A stretch of DNA of 60,988 nucleotides. It comes from a virus (taxonomy: Duplodnaviria; Caudoviricetes). Of the stretch, positions 7,908 to 17,025 are shown piece by piece (positions within the stretch are counted from its first letter, which is position 1; each line of letters opens with the position of its first letter). Both the position numbers and the translations under genes were made by a program. The stretch spans positions 1 to 60,988 of the IMG/VR virus record IMGVR_UViG_3300031753_000298. The stretch is one strand, 5' to 3'. Below the pieces are notes generated by a model. The model was given only the letters and a program-made list of their open reading frames with translations. It was not told the origin of the DNA and searched no databases.

Positions 7908-10425
7908 TGCTCCAATCAATACACATGAACTCAAGGCCAAAACCGGCCAACTCCTGCCTTCGCAGCGTGAGTATGTGTTCTCGCCCGAGCGTTTCAGCAT
8001 GCTTGCGGGAGGGTTCGCTTCCGGCAAGACCCACGCAATGATTTTGAAGGGTCTCGTGTTGTCTGCTGTGATCCCTGGCAACGTCGGGATGGTCCTGCGT
8101 TACCACTACACAGATTTGGAAGAGTCTACGATGCGGACTTTCTTCGATATCTGCCCGCCGTCGTGGATCAAAGCGTTCAATAAGAAAGCACGCACGGTAC
8201 TACTGCGTAACGGGAGCCTGATTTTTTTTCGGCACTTACATGATGCCAAAGCTCTGACCAAAACTAGGCGTTTGGGCGCGAACCTCGGCTGGTTTGCGAT
8301 CGACCAAGCGGAAGAGATTCAGCTTGAACACTGGCAAGCGATGATGTCACGACTCAGGCTGCCGCGCGCGCCCAAGAAGTTTGGATTCGGAACGATGAAT
8401 CCCGCAGGTCACGACTGGCTGTGGGAGACCTTCTTTTCTCAATTCAAACCGTGGCCGCGCGACAAAGAGAAGAAGGCTTTGCCTATCGATGGAAAGTACT
8501 ACCAGGCGTTCCGCGGGCCGGACACGCTCGGGATCGCGGTGAACTCAGAAGAAAACAGAGAGAGTGCAGGCGGGTTCATCGAAGATTCATATTTCGACAG
8601 TAACCTGAAACAGTGGGGACGTGAGTGGGTCGAGCGTTACGTGTACTGCTCGTTTGACGATTTTACTGGCAAAATTTACAGGGAGTTTGAGGGAGGGTTG
8701 CGTAATGAAGACTATCGCTCCGTACATATTGTTGATCCTTTCCCGATTCCTAAACATTGGCCCCTCACGGTGGGAATTGACGTTGGCGGCGATAGTCCGT
8801 GGGCTGTTGTACCTGAATACACTGACGATGCCGGTAATCAAATTATCGTTCGAGGGTTTTCCAAACGAACCGGACGAACCGGAGAAGTAGCGCAGTGGAT
8901 CAAGAACAACCTTCCCTGGAACGAATCGCGCACCCAGTACGTGATGGACTGGGAGAACAAAGTCGCAATGGTCGAGCTGGGGCAAGATCACGGGATCCAC
9001 GCCCAGATCGCGCGCAAAGAGGTGATCCCCGGTATCCTTCAGACCAACGCATATTTTCATGTGCAGAAACATCGTGCGCTCCCTGAGTGGTATCAAGACA
9101 CGCAACCGAACGCTCGTTATCAAAAGTTCCGCAACGCCGGCTCGCCGCGCACGTTCGTGTTCAATACGTTCACGGAGTTTATTCAGGAGCACGACGCGTA
9201 TAAATGGGATCCCAACAAAGCAGACAAGCCTCTGAAGACTGCGACCGCTCGCTACGACACGTGTTTCGCGCAGGGAACAAATATTTTGATGGGAGACGGT
9301 ACGCAAAAACGAATAGAACGTATCTGTGCTGGGGATTTTGTCATGACACGCTTTGGCTCAAAACGTGTCCTTAGTACTGGGATGACTAATTCTTATGCTG
9401 AAGTGTTTCGGGCCGAGTTTTCTAATGGCACAGAAATCGTTGCTACTGCTGAGCATCCCTTTTGGTCAGTTAATGCCGGTCTTTTGACATTGAATACTCT
9501 TCGATATTCTGATATACTTCAAGAATGGAACCCAGAACAGTTATCTACGACGGCATTGAGTGGTACATCAACAAAAGGAATCCGTACTATCGAGCCTTCG
9601 TCAACGGCAAGACGATTAAACTCCATGTGTATATCTGGACGAAACACAATGGCGCAGTTCCTGCAGGATATGTGGTTCATCACAAAGATGAGAACAAACG
9701 AAATTGGGAATTGGGTAACTTGGAATGTATCCCGTCTGGGATCCATGCAAAGGAACGTCATCCCTCTAATCTCGATCTCGCACGGAGCGCCGCCGCTAGC
9801 TGGCACAAATCTGTGGTTGGTCGGAGATGGCATTCTTTGCACGGGAAGCGGGTATGGAAACAAAGAGTGCTCAAACATCGGGTTTGTAGACACTGCAAAA
9901 AACAGTTTTCCACCAAACACAACCGTAAAGAATTCTGTTCCAACAACTGCAAATCAGCATGGCGGCGAGTCGCTGGTTTGGACAACATTAAAAGAAGGTG
10001 CGTCGTCTGCAGCAAGTCGATTGTGGTCAACCGTTACTCAAAAATCCGCTCGTGCAAAGGTTCCTGTTCGGCTCGTCTCACTGTCGAAGGCCGTTCCAAG
10101 ACCCGTTTATAATCTCGCTGTTGAAGATGTTCATGAATATTTCGCAAACGGACTTCTTGTTCGTAATTGCGACGCGCACCGTTATGTCTGCATGACACGG
10201 CCGATCCCCGGTAAATGGGAGGAGCCTGAACGCGATTGGGACTCCATCGCGAAGAAGGATCCGTTGAGCTACCGCGCAATGCGCGATATGGACAAACGGA
10301 TCGCCGAGCGAGAGTGGCGGAGGAAGGGCGGGGCCGCGTTGAGGGAAGCGGACATGGAAGATGCGCCGGATGTGGATCTGCGAGGCGATGAAAAGTTTGA
10401 CTGGGCGGGACAAGGGGAAGTCTAA
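7897..10425 (+). CDS. terL: Terminase large subunit, intein-containing
   Basis: Walker A GGFASGKT, Walker B-like AIDQAEE, motif III TMNP, RNase H-like nuclease GIDVGG; C-terminal YDT|CDAHRY is reconstituted after intein removal. Confidence 0.92.
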   Translation: MFSNAPINTHELKAKTGQLLPSQREYVFSPERFSMLAGGFASGKTHAMILKGLVLSAVIPGNVGMVLRYHYTDLEESTMRTFFDICPPSWIKAFNKKARTVLLRNGSLIFFRHLHDAKALTKTRRLGANLGWFAIDQAEEIQLEHWQAMMSRLRLPRAPKKFGFGTMNPAGHDWLWETFFSQFKPWPRDKEKKALPIDGKYYQAFRGPDTLGIAVNSEENRESAGGFIEDSYFDSNLKQWGREWVERYVYCSFDDFTGKIYREFEGGLRNEDYRSVHIVDPFPIPKHWPLTVGIDVGGDSPWAVVPEYTDDAGNQIIVRGFSKRTGRTGEVAQWIKNNLPWNESRTQYVMDWENKVAMVELGQDHGIHAQIARKEVIPGILQTNAYFHVQKHRALPEWYQDTQPNARYQKFRNAGSPRTFVFNTFTEFIQEHDAYKWDPNKADKPLKTATARYDTCFAQGTNILMGDGTQKRIERICAGDFVMTRFGSKRVLSTGMTNSYAEVFRAEFSNGTEIVATAEHPFWSVNAGLLTLNTLRYSDILQEWNPEQLSTTALSGTSTKGIRTIEPSSTARRLNSMCISGRNTMAQFLQDMWFITKMRTNEIGNWVTWNVSRLGSMQRNVIPLISISHGAPPLAGTNLWLVGDGILCTGSGYGNKECSNIGFVDTAKNSFPPNTTVKNSVPTTANQHGGESLVWTTLKEGASSAASRLWSTVTQKSARAKVPVRLVSLSKAVPRPVYNLAVEDVHEYFANGLLVRNCDAHRYVCMTRPIPGKWEEPERDWDSIAKKDPLSYRAMRDMDKRIAEREWRRKGGAALREADMEDAPDVDLRGDEKFDWAGQGEV
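9490..9518 (+). promoter_or_regulatory. Internal promoter inside the intein, leaderless start for the nested HNH
   Basis: TTGAAT (9490-9495), 17 bp spacer, TATACT (9513-9518) with extended -10 TG; ATG 7 nt downstream at 9525. Confidence 0.6.
9525..10112 (+). CDS. HNH homing endonuclease nested in an alternative frame within the intein
   Basis: LHVYIW...GYVVHHKDENKRNWELGNLEC (HNH_3-like), then CRHC..F.....FCSNNC and CVVC....CKGSC Zn-ribbon repeats. Confidence 0.85.
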   Translation: MEPRTVIYDGIEWYINKRNPYYRAFVNGKTIKLHVYIWTKHNGAVPAGYVVHHKDENKRNWELGNLECIPSGIHAKERHPSNLDLARSAAASWHKSVVGRRWHSLHGKRVWKQRVLKHRVCRHCKKQFSTKHNRKEFCSNNCKSAWRRVAGLDNIKRRCVVCSKSIVVNRYSKIRSCKGSCSARLTVEGRSKTRL

Positions 10426-10649
10426 TGGGCGGAACTGGAGTAGATCTCAGACCGGACGAAGATGAGCCGGCGAATCGACGCAAGCCGCGGATGTACTCGT
10501 CGTTTCAGCAACTGAGTCCAGCGAATCCGTACCCGCTCGATTTTTGTTTATGGTTACAGCGCAATTTCGATTTCTTGCTTGAGCAGTTTGAGTTAGAGAG
10601 GAAGGAACATGAAACGAATTCTTGGATTTCACGTTTACGGCAAGAGTGA
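10425..10649 (+). CDS. Hypothetical protein
   Basis: TAATG coupling to terL. Confidence 0.5.
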   Translation: MGGTGVDLRPDEDEPANRRKPRMYSSFQQLSPANPYPLDFCLWLQRNFDFLLEQFELERKEHETNSWISRLRQE

Positions 10650-11040
10650 GGACGCGATAAGGGAGCAATTGTGGCGCTTCCGCGAGACCTCCTGGGTCGC
10701 TTCGTCTGCACAGTTGGATAAGCGAATTGCGCAGCTTGAGCGCGAGATCGAGTATTACCGGCGCCGGTTCGATGAGGCCCAGGAGCGCGCGGATCGCCAG
10801 CTCGATGAGTTCATGCAGGCGAACGGGATGGGCGAGGTGACGACGACGGCGCGCAGGGACGCGAGCGAGAAGTCTGCTTCTGTGCAGAAGGAGATGGATG
10901 CTCAGAAGAAGGAGATCGGGGAGATGTTCGCCGAGACCCTTGGAACCGAGCATGACGAATTTGGGTTAGAATTACCAGAGGATTTACATGATGCCGCTGC
11001 TGCGCTCATGAGTGTGCCGACCCAGAAGAAAGCGAGCTAA
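10609..11040 (+). CDS. Coiled-coil hypothetical protein
   Basis: GGAAGGA Shine-Dalgarno; heptad pattern; lies between TerL and portal. Confidence 0.65.
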   Translation: MKRILGFHVYGKSEDAIREQLWRFRETSWVASSAQLDKRIAQLEREIEYYRRRFDEAQERADRQLDEFMQANGMGEVTTTARRDASEKSASVQKEMDAQKKEIGEMFAETLGTEHDEFGLELPEDLHDAAAALMSVPTQKKAS

Positions 11041-11043
11041 CCC

Positions 11044-13407
11044 GTGGCGGAATTTAACGAAGAAGACGACAAAGAACTCGAAGGTGATGAGAAAGATGCG
11101 GCTGCGGGTAAAGATCCCTATCAAGACACGCAAGCTATCTCGGCGCGAATCGATCGCTGCCTCTCCATTGATCGTTTCCAGCGATCCCTCTTCGAGCGTG
11201 AATGGTTCCGTAACGTTCTCTTTATCGCCGGACAGCAATGGGTTATTTACGAACGTGGACGCTGGCGCCCGCGCTCGCTGCCCGCATGGTTTCCGCGCGC
11301 CCAGACGAACAAGTTCGCCGAGAAGTACAACGATGTAGTCGCGCAGCTCATTCAAGGTCACCGTGTTCCGATCACGTATCTGCCCGCGAAGGACGATCCC
11401 GAAGACATCGCGACCGCTGAAGTGGGTCAACGTCTGCGCGAAGTCTTCTACGCCGAAACTGAAGTTGACGAGAAAGAATCCGAGATTGCAGCTTGGCTCG
11501 TCGCGACAGGCAACGCCTTCCTCATTCCCTATTACGACATGGACAAGGAGTACGGCACGACGTTCGTGCAGCACCAAACGTGCGATCACTGCGGAGCCGT
11601 CCTGACTCCCGAGGATCTCGCGTCCGCGGACGGCGGCTGTCCTGAATGCGCGGAGAACGGCGACTTTCACAAAGAACTCACTCCTGCACAGGATCAAAAT
11701 GGAAACGCAATCGGTGATGAGTACCCGATCGGCGCGATGCAGGCTGATGTGTGCGGGCCGTTCGAGATCCGGCTGGATCACCGCATCACGTCGATAAAGG
11801 AGCAACGTCGCTTCATCCGCCAACGTCGGTACGATCTGGATTTTGCAAAAGAGAAGTGGGATCAATTCGCAGATGTGATTAAATCGGACTGGGGGAATGA
11901 TCTCTCTCAGTACTATCTCGATGTCATGGCGCACGTCACTTCGTCGTTCTCTGCTTCTGGCGGCTTTATCGGCGGTGGACCGGCTGCACCGAAGAATCCT
12001 AAAGTCACTGCTTACGAGTTTTTTGAACTCCCCACAAAGAAGTTCCCCAAAGGACTCCGCGCGGTCCGACTCGGAGCGAACGCCCAAGCCATAGTCGAAG
12101 CCGGGCCTCTCCCCACGAAATTCGGGGCCGGCGTGCGCAAGAATCAGTACTTCCTTCCGCTCGTCCACTTCGGATTCGACAAGATTCCGGGCCGATTCTG
12201 GCGCAAGACTCGTTTGGATGACTTAGTTCCGCTCCAGATCTTCCGCAACACGGTCGAGGCGAACCTCCGTCTGTCTGCACAGAGGATGGGGAACGCGATC
12301 TGGCTCAATCCGAAGGGTTCCGGAGTGGATTTGATCACCGGTGAGCCTGGCCAGCATATCACGTACAACCCGATCTCACTCGGCGGCAGTTCGATCGCTA
12401 AGCCCGAGCGTGTTCCGGCCGAACTGAATAACGTTCAGCCTCTCATCATGCTCATGAACAAGATCGATGACTCGATGGAGAGGGTCGCCGGCACTTTCTT
12501 CCTTCAGGGCGGCGATACTCCGCCCGGAGTGACCGCGGCGAGCGCTCTGGCCTACCTCGGCGAGCGGTCCCAGAAGGCTATCGCGCCGCTGATGGCTGAA
12601 TACGCAAAGGGCTGGCGCCAGTTTGAGTACATGGCGCTCGAAATCGCGCGTGACAACTGGGACGAGACCCGGATGCGCGTGATTACGGGCAAAAACAAGA
12701 AGTGGCAGACTATGAAGTTCACGAAGGCTGATCTGCAGGGCGCCGTGAACCTCGTGATTGACTACAACGGGATGTTCCCCAAGTCGAACGCGACCGAGCG
12801 AGCCACGATTCAGCAGCTTGTGCAGATGGGCGTGATCAATCCGCAGGATCCCGAGATCGGGATGGGTATCTTGAAAGTGTTCGGCGAGATGGCGATTACG
12901 GGTTCGGCTTCGATCGATGTGGAGGACGCGACGAAGGAGCAGGATGCGTTTATGACGGATCCTAACTTCATCCCGCAGATCCGCCCGATGGTGGACAACA
13001 GCAAGGTTCATCTCTTGCTCCACACGGATCTTGCCAAATCGGATGAGTTCCGTGAGTTACCTCCGGAGCGTCAGCAAGTCTGGATCGCTCACATCCAGAA
13101 TACGGTCACCGATATGGTTGCGCGGCAGCTCGCGCTCGAAAGCGCCGGTTTCAACGATCAAGCCAATGAGGAGATGCCGAGCGGCCAGGCTCAGGATGCG
13201 GCCCAAGCGGTTGCGGGCGCGCAGAACGGTGCGGCGGGTCTTCCGGGTAATCCCGAAGAGGCCGGCCAGCCTGTAGGTCCGCCCCAGACTCCCGATATCG
13301 CCGCGGGTTCGACTGGGCCAGGGACGAATCCGGACAAAATCGACGTAGGCACGAACCGCTCGATCAACCTCCCCAAAGGTCCGGGCGGCCCAACGATGGT
13401 TCAGTAG
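11044..13407 (+). CDS. Portal protein with inserted CxxC...CxxC zinc ribbon
   Basis: Size and position after TerL; P22-like features (GQQW, EIAAWLVATGNAF, RLDDLVPLQ, TAASALAYL, Pro/Gly-rich tail); CDHC...CPEC insertion. Confidence 0.85.
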   Translation: MAEFNEEDDKELEGDEKDAAAGKDPYQDTQAISARIDRCLSIDRFQRSLFEREWFRNVLFIAGQQWVIYERGRWRPRSLPAWFPRAQTNKFAEKYNDVVAQLIQGHRVPITYLPAKDDPEDIATAEVGQRLREVFYAETEVDEKESEIAAWLVATGNAFLIPYYDMDKEYGTTFVQHQTCDHCGAVLTPEDLASADGGCPECAENGDFHKELTPAQDQNGNAIGDEYPIGAMQADVCGPFEIRLDHRITSIKEQRRFIRQRRYDLDFAKEKWDQFADVIKSDWGNDLSQYYLDVMAHVTSSFSASGGFIGGGPAAPKNPKVTAYEFFELPTKKFPKGLRAVRLGANAQAIVEAGPLPTKFGAGVRKNQYFLPLVHFGFDKIPGRFWRKTRLDDLVPLQIFRNTVEANLRLSAQRMGNAIWLNPKGSGVDLITGEPGQHITYNPISLGGSSIAKPERVPAELNNVQPLIMLMNKIDDSMERVAGTFFLQGGDTPPGVTAASALAYLGERSQKAIAPLMAEYAKGWRQFEYMALEIARDNWDETRMRVITGKNKKWQTMKFTKADLQGAVNLVIDYNGMFPKSNATERATIQQLVQMGVINPQDPEIGMGILKVFGEMAITGSASIDVEDATKEQDAFMTDPNFIPQIRPMVDNSKVHLLLHTDLAKSDEFRELPPERQQVWIAHIQNTVTDMVARQLALESAGFNDQANEEMPSGQAQDAAQAVAGAQNGAAGLPGNPEEAGQPVGPPQTPDIAAGSTGPGTNPDKIDVGTNRSINLPKGPGGPTMVQ

Positions 13408-13465
13408 AGTGAACATTAAGTCGGTTATCGACCATTATTCTGAACGCTAGGTGTAGTGAAGAACA

Positions 13466-13612
13466 ATGAAGAAACTCCGATATTACTGGCAACTAGGTTC
13501 TTTGGTGTACGCATTGTCAAAGCTGCGTAGACACTTCGGTCCAGTGAACTTGTGGTGGATTCGTCTTGCATGGAAAACCCTAGACGGCGTATACCGCTCT
13601 GAGGTTCAGTGA
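13466..13612 (+). CDS. Small hypothetical protein (48 aa)
   Basis: MKKLRYYWQLGSLVYALSKLRRHFGPVNLWWIRLAWKTLDGVYRSEVQ; stop overlaps the next start. Confidence 0.4.
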   Translation: MKKLRYYWQLGSLVYALSKLRRHFGPVNLWWIRLAWKTLDGVYRSEVQ

Positions 13613-13917
13613 TGTTCGAGAAAACCAAGTTTGACTCGAAGTACTCCGAAGCCGGCACGCTGGTCGCTGGATACATCGAGAATGGTAAACAGCACTGTGC
13701 AGACTGTATTCACACGAAGGAGAAGGGCGTCAACATCTGCGTTCATCCTGTTGTTTTGGTCGATCCGGAGTTGAAGGCTCGCCAGATCAAGAGCGCGGAT
13801 GGCTCAGTAAATGGTGTTACAATTAGTCTCGAACGCGGTTGCTGCCGTTTTGTCAAAAAGCCGTGGCGGAATCCGCACAAACTTTTGAACTACATCGCTT
13901 CGGCGACCAAGGAGTAA
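13612..13917 (+). CDS. Cys-rich protein, HiPIP-like Fe-S motif
   Basis: QHCADCIH...ICVH...ISLERGCCRF resembles CxxC-xn-C-xn-GxC of high-potential iron-sulfur proteins. Confidence 0.45.
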   Translation: MFEKTKFDSKYSEAGTLVAGYIENGKQHCADCIHTKEKGVNICVHPVVLVDPELKARQIKSADGSVNGVTISLERGCCRFVKKPWRNPHKLLNYIASATKE

Positions 13918-13920
13918 TTT

Positions 13921-14292
13921 ATGGGTAAGTACGATTCAGAACGTGGACCGAACGATTCCGGCGCTCCGTATCCTGGCGAGAGCCAGTATTACGGGCGTGA
14001 CGTGAAGCAGAAGCCTAGCGGCGATCGGAGCGATCACAAGAGCGGATTCGGCAATTCGAACTTCCGCGGTGGGGCCGAGAAATCGAGCGGTCTTTCGTCC
14101 TCGACACAGAAGCGTAACGTGAAGGGCAACCCAGGAAGCTCTCCGTGGGCTTACGGACGTTCCGTGGACGCTCGGCATACTCGCACAGCCTCTCAGAATG
14201 GCCCGCACTCCAAAGTTGGAGTAGGCAAGCCGTCGAATCCGGGCCGCGTGAGTCCGTTATACGCCGGCAATAAAGACAAGTCGGGGAACTGA
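13921..14292 (+). CDS. Basic disordered protein (PLYxGNKDxSG tail)
   Basis: AAGGAG Shine-Dalgarno; Gly/Ser/Lys-rich. Confidence 0.6.
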   Translation: MGKYDSERGPNDSGAPYPGESQYYGRDVKQKPSGDRSDHKSGFGNSNFRGGAEKSSGLSSSTQKRNVKGNPGSSPWAYGRSVDARHTRTASQNGPHSKVGVGKPSNPGRVSPLYAGNKDKSGN

Positions 14293-14294
14293 AC

Positions 14295-14492
14295 ATGGCG
14301 ATCAAGCAGAGCAGCGTGAAGAAGAGTGGACTGCGCACGCCGCAGGTTCCGCGCGATGATGTTTGGAAGTACGGGCGCCCGACCGGGCCGGAACACACCC
14401 GTGTGTCGGACAACAAGAAGCAAGATACTCCGTCAGACAAGCGTCCGGGCAACCCTCTCTACAAAGGGAACAAAGACAGGAGCGGAATATGA
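14295..14492 (+). CDS. Basic disordered protein (PLYxGNKDxSG tail)
   Basis: Shares its C-terminal motif with the preceding ORF. Confidence 0.6.
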   Translation: MAIKQSSVKKSGLRTPQVPRDDVWKYGRPTGPEHTRVSDNKKQDTPSDKRPGNPLYKGNKDRSGI

Positions 14493-14722
14493 GTGTTGAA
14501 TCAAACAAGGATTTCCTCTATTGGGTTGCGAGTCAGTTTTCTCCTTCTCATGCTGGCCACATAGCCGATCGGCTAAAGCAGATCGCCGATGATTACTTTA
14601 GTGATCCATCTCCCGAACAAATCGAAGCCGAACCCTCAACTCCTGTGCAGCCTGCCCAGCAAGAAGCGCCTTCTGCACAGAGCGAAGAAGGGATCGAGGA
14701 AGCATCCGATCCACAGGAGTAA
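14489..14722 (+). CDS. Hypothetical acidic protein
   Basis: ATGA coupling; MSVESNKDFLYWVASQF... Confidence 0.55.
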   Translation: MSVESNKDFLYWVASQFSPSHAGHIADRLKQIADDYFSDPSPEQIEAEPSTPVQPAQQEAPSAQSEEGIEEASDPQE

Positions 14723-14724
14723 CA

Positions 14725-14874
14725 ATGCGGTCCTACAAAAAGTATCTCGACGCGGCGCTGCTCGTGCTTCTGGGCGGATGGCTCGGAATCCTGACCTACA
14801 CTCAGTTCTTGATCATCAAGACTCTCGCGATGCACGATATGTTGCTCCGCGTGATTGTAGGTGGAGGGAACTGA
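14725..14874 (+). CDS. Small membrane protein
   Basis: MRSYKKYLDAALLVLLGGWLGILTYTQFLII...; AGGAG Shine-Dalgarno. Confidence 0.45.
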   Translation: MRSYKKYLDAALLVLLGGWLGILTYTQFLIIKTLAMHDMLLRVIVGGGN

Positions 14875-14875
14875 G

Positions 14876-15043
14876 GTGCCGCTAAGTAAGTATAATGCGG
14901 AGTTCGGCGGGAAACCTGGGTCTGCACAGAAAGCACACTCTGCAATGATTCAGGAGTACGGAGACAAAAAGGGCGAGTCCGTGTTCTACGCCACGAAAAA
15001 CAAGAAACTCTCTGGCGGACTGAACGATGTAAGGAAGAAGTAA
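14876..15043 (+). CDS. Small basic phage protein
   Basis: M..EYG.KKGESVFYA..NK motif, recurrent in phage head modules. Confidence 0.55.
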   Translation: MPLSKYNAEFGGKPGSAQKAHSAMIQEYGDKKGESVFYATKNKKLSGGLNDVRKK

Positions 15044-15152
15044 TGGCGCTCAAGGTCAAAGTGAAGCTAAAGGCGGACGGGGCCGACGCGAAGAAGATTC
15101 TGCCCAAGCTGCCCCAGATGAAGCTGGCTGGTCTGGATGGAGTGAAGAAGAA

Positions 15153-15350
15153 ATGACCCCTCCGATCACGCCTGGTCCGCAGGCCGGTCTCGCAGCAGTC
15201 AAGCCGAAGCCCAAAACGAAACTCGGGTTGCGCCCCAAGACTTCGATCTATCTCTCGGATCAGAAAGTATCCCCGTCTGCTGCACAGGACAAAGCAACGA
15301 TCCGACAATGGCGTGCTCAGCAGCAACCGATCCCAGAGAAGCAAATCTAA
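15153..15350 (+). CDS. Small basic Pro-rich protein
   Basis: Coupled to a 37-aa Lys-rich ORF at 15043-15156. Confidence 0.45.
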   Translation: MTPPITPGPQAGLAAVKPKPKTKLGLRPKTSIYLSDQKVSPSAAQDKATIRQWRAQQQPIPEKQI

Positions 15351-15351
15351 C

Positions 15352-15371
15352 ACGTGTCAATCTGACATATT
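15352..15371 (+). promoter_or_regulatory. Quasi-palindromic operator, copy 2
   Basis: ACGTGTCAATCTGACATATT, intergenic, upstream of the capsid module. Confidence 0.75.
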
Positions 15372-15458
15372 CCCTTCTGCGAAAACGCTCCTTTTAATTC
15401 TGTAGTATTCTTTATTCAGTATCAGACCTGAAGGTCTGGGCCAACTAAGGAGAAAGAT

Positions 15459-15911
15459 ATGATCAAGATTCGAAACGAAGGCGAGATTCTTATCAGCCTG
15501 CAGATCAACGGCACGCAAACTATTGCTGCCGGTGGCGTTGCCACTACAGATTCTGCTGTAATTCCCTTTGCAAGCCGCCTTAAGGCTATTCTTGCTCGTG
15601 AAGGCGTGGCTGGAACTGGAACCACAGCAACCGCTGATATCTTGAAGAACGGCGTGACAATGGTTAGCTCAGGCACTTTGCTGAGCTATGCTGGGGGGAC
15701 GAACGTCCCAACATACTCAGCGAACCTTTCGCCGAATCCCCCGACTTTTGCAAAAGGCGATGTTGTGCAGTTGAAGAACATTGCTGTCAATGGCACGACT
15801 GCAGCCGTGGATCAAACCGTGATTTTGGTGCTTGAGCGAGCGCGAGCAGGTTCGTGGAATGATCCTGTGCAGTTCGATACGCTTGGTGCGGACAGCGACG
15901 CTATTAGCTAA
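15459..15911 (+). CDS. Putative capsid decoration / minor head protein
   Basis: Beta-rich Thr/Ala/Gly composition, upstream of scaffold and MCP; AAGGAG Shine-Dalgarno. Confidence 0.55.
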   Translation: MIKIRNEGEILISLQINGTQTIAAGGVATTDSAVIPFASRLKAILAREGVAGTGTTATADILKNGVTMVSSGTLLSYAGGTNVPTYSANLSPNPPTFAKGDVVQLKNIAVNGTTAAVDQTVILVLERARAGSWNDPVQFDTLGADSDAIS

Positions 15912-15986
15912 TTTTTGGACCTCGGCTCTGATGTTGTGAGCCAATCCCGTCCGGGTACTCCGGACGTAAATGCAAGGGTGGTAATT

Positions 15987-16949
15987 ATGGCAGTAAACGA
16001 CGACGCGCAAGGTACTCTTGAGCAAGTCGATGTCACCGGGCAAGAAAGTGCTGAATCCGGCTACTCCGGAGAAAGCAGCGAAAATGACGACTTCCTCGTC
16101 GTAAACGATCGGGTCAAGTACGCAACTCGCGAAGATGCGATTAAGGCGTACCAAGAATCCGGAAATCGGATCGAACAACTTTCTGTCTGGGAAAAAGAAC
16201 TGAAGGATTACGGAATAACGGATCCCAAAGTTGTCCGACAACTCCTCAACGAACTGGTTCAACGCCGGAACGATGCGGAGAAAGCGGAGAAGCAAGCTAA
16301 GGAAGCGGCTGGAGATGGGAAGGGCAAGCAGACTACCCGCTCCGATGATTCTGACGAACTGAGCAAGGAAGATCAGGCAGCTCTGAAGTGGTTGCAGAAG
16401 ATGGCTCCGAGACTCGGATACGTTCCGAAGGACGAGCTGCAGAAAACTGTAGAGGAGCTGAAAGGCCAAATCACCGAATTGCAGGCTGGCACTCAGGCTG
16501 CACAGGAGGAGAGACGGTCGAGTCTGATCGATTCAGGCCGGCAGAACGTGTCGCAGTGGCTCAGTGATGACAAGATCGCTGATCCGGACGGCAACAAACG
16601 TCACGTGATTGAGACGCTGGTAACAGCGTGGATCAACCAGGATGACGAGCGCGTGAACAAGTTCTATCAGGGCGGTTCGGTAACGAAGGAACTCCTGAAA
16701 GAAGGTTACGACTTGGCGAAGAAGTCGCTGGGTTGGACGGGCGCGCAGCCGGATGCGACAAGCCGAGCAGCAGATAAAGGGCGAGCGATACAGAGAAACA
16801 AGAGCTTGCCGAAACCGGGTACGAGCGGTAAAGCCGGTCAGCAGACTGATGGAGTGCGACGGGACGCGGCAGGGCGCAGGGATCACATTGGTTCGGCGCA
16901 CAACGCGGCTTGGGAGATAGCGAACAAGCACTTTCACAATGCTGAGTAG
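15987..16949 (+). CDS. Capsid scaffolding protein
   Basis: Acidic N-terminus, coiled coils and basic C-terminus, immediately before the MCP. Confidence 0.7.
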   Translation: MAVNDDAQGTLEQVDVTGQESAESGYSGESSENDDFLVVNDRVKYATREDAIKAYQESGNRIEQLSVWEKELKDYGITDPKVVRQLLNELVQRRNDAEKAEKQAKEAAGDGKGKQTTRSDDSDELSKEDQAALKWLQKMAPRLGYVPKDELQKTVEELKGQITELQAGTQAAQEERRSSLIDSGRQNVSQWLSDDKIADPDGNKRHVIETLVTAWINQDDERVNKFYQGGSVTKELLKEGYDLAKKSLGWTGAQPDATSRAADKGRAIQRNKSLPKPGTSGKAGQQTDGVRRDAAGRRDHIGSAHNAAWEIANKHFHNAE

Positions 16950-17025
16950 CTGAGGCGGATCGGCCTGGTGTAGCAAACGACATCGATGATGAGTCGAGTC
17001 GAAATCAGAAACAGAGGAGAAATTT

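Larger units (their letters stand above)
9262..10167 (+). mobile_element. Intein (302 aa) in the TerL nuclease domain
   Basis: Block A CFAQGTNILMGDG, block B ATAEHPF, blocks F/G VYNLAVEDVHEYFANGLLVRN followed by +1 Cys; penultimate residue is Arg rather than His. Confidence 0.92.

Noticed and set aside
9500-9530. Programmed frameshift fusing intein and HNH
   Set aside because: The intein frame is open end to end, no slippery heptamer is evident, and the HNH has its own ATG and promoter.
10984-12168. 394-aa ORF on the - strand
   Set aside because: Antisense shadow of the portal gene; no motifs.
16950-17025. Possible tRNA or other RNA gene in intergenic gaps
   Set aside because: No cloverleaf or T-loop consensus here or in the other gaps inspected.
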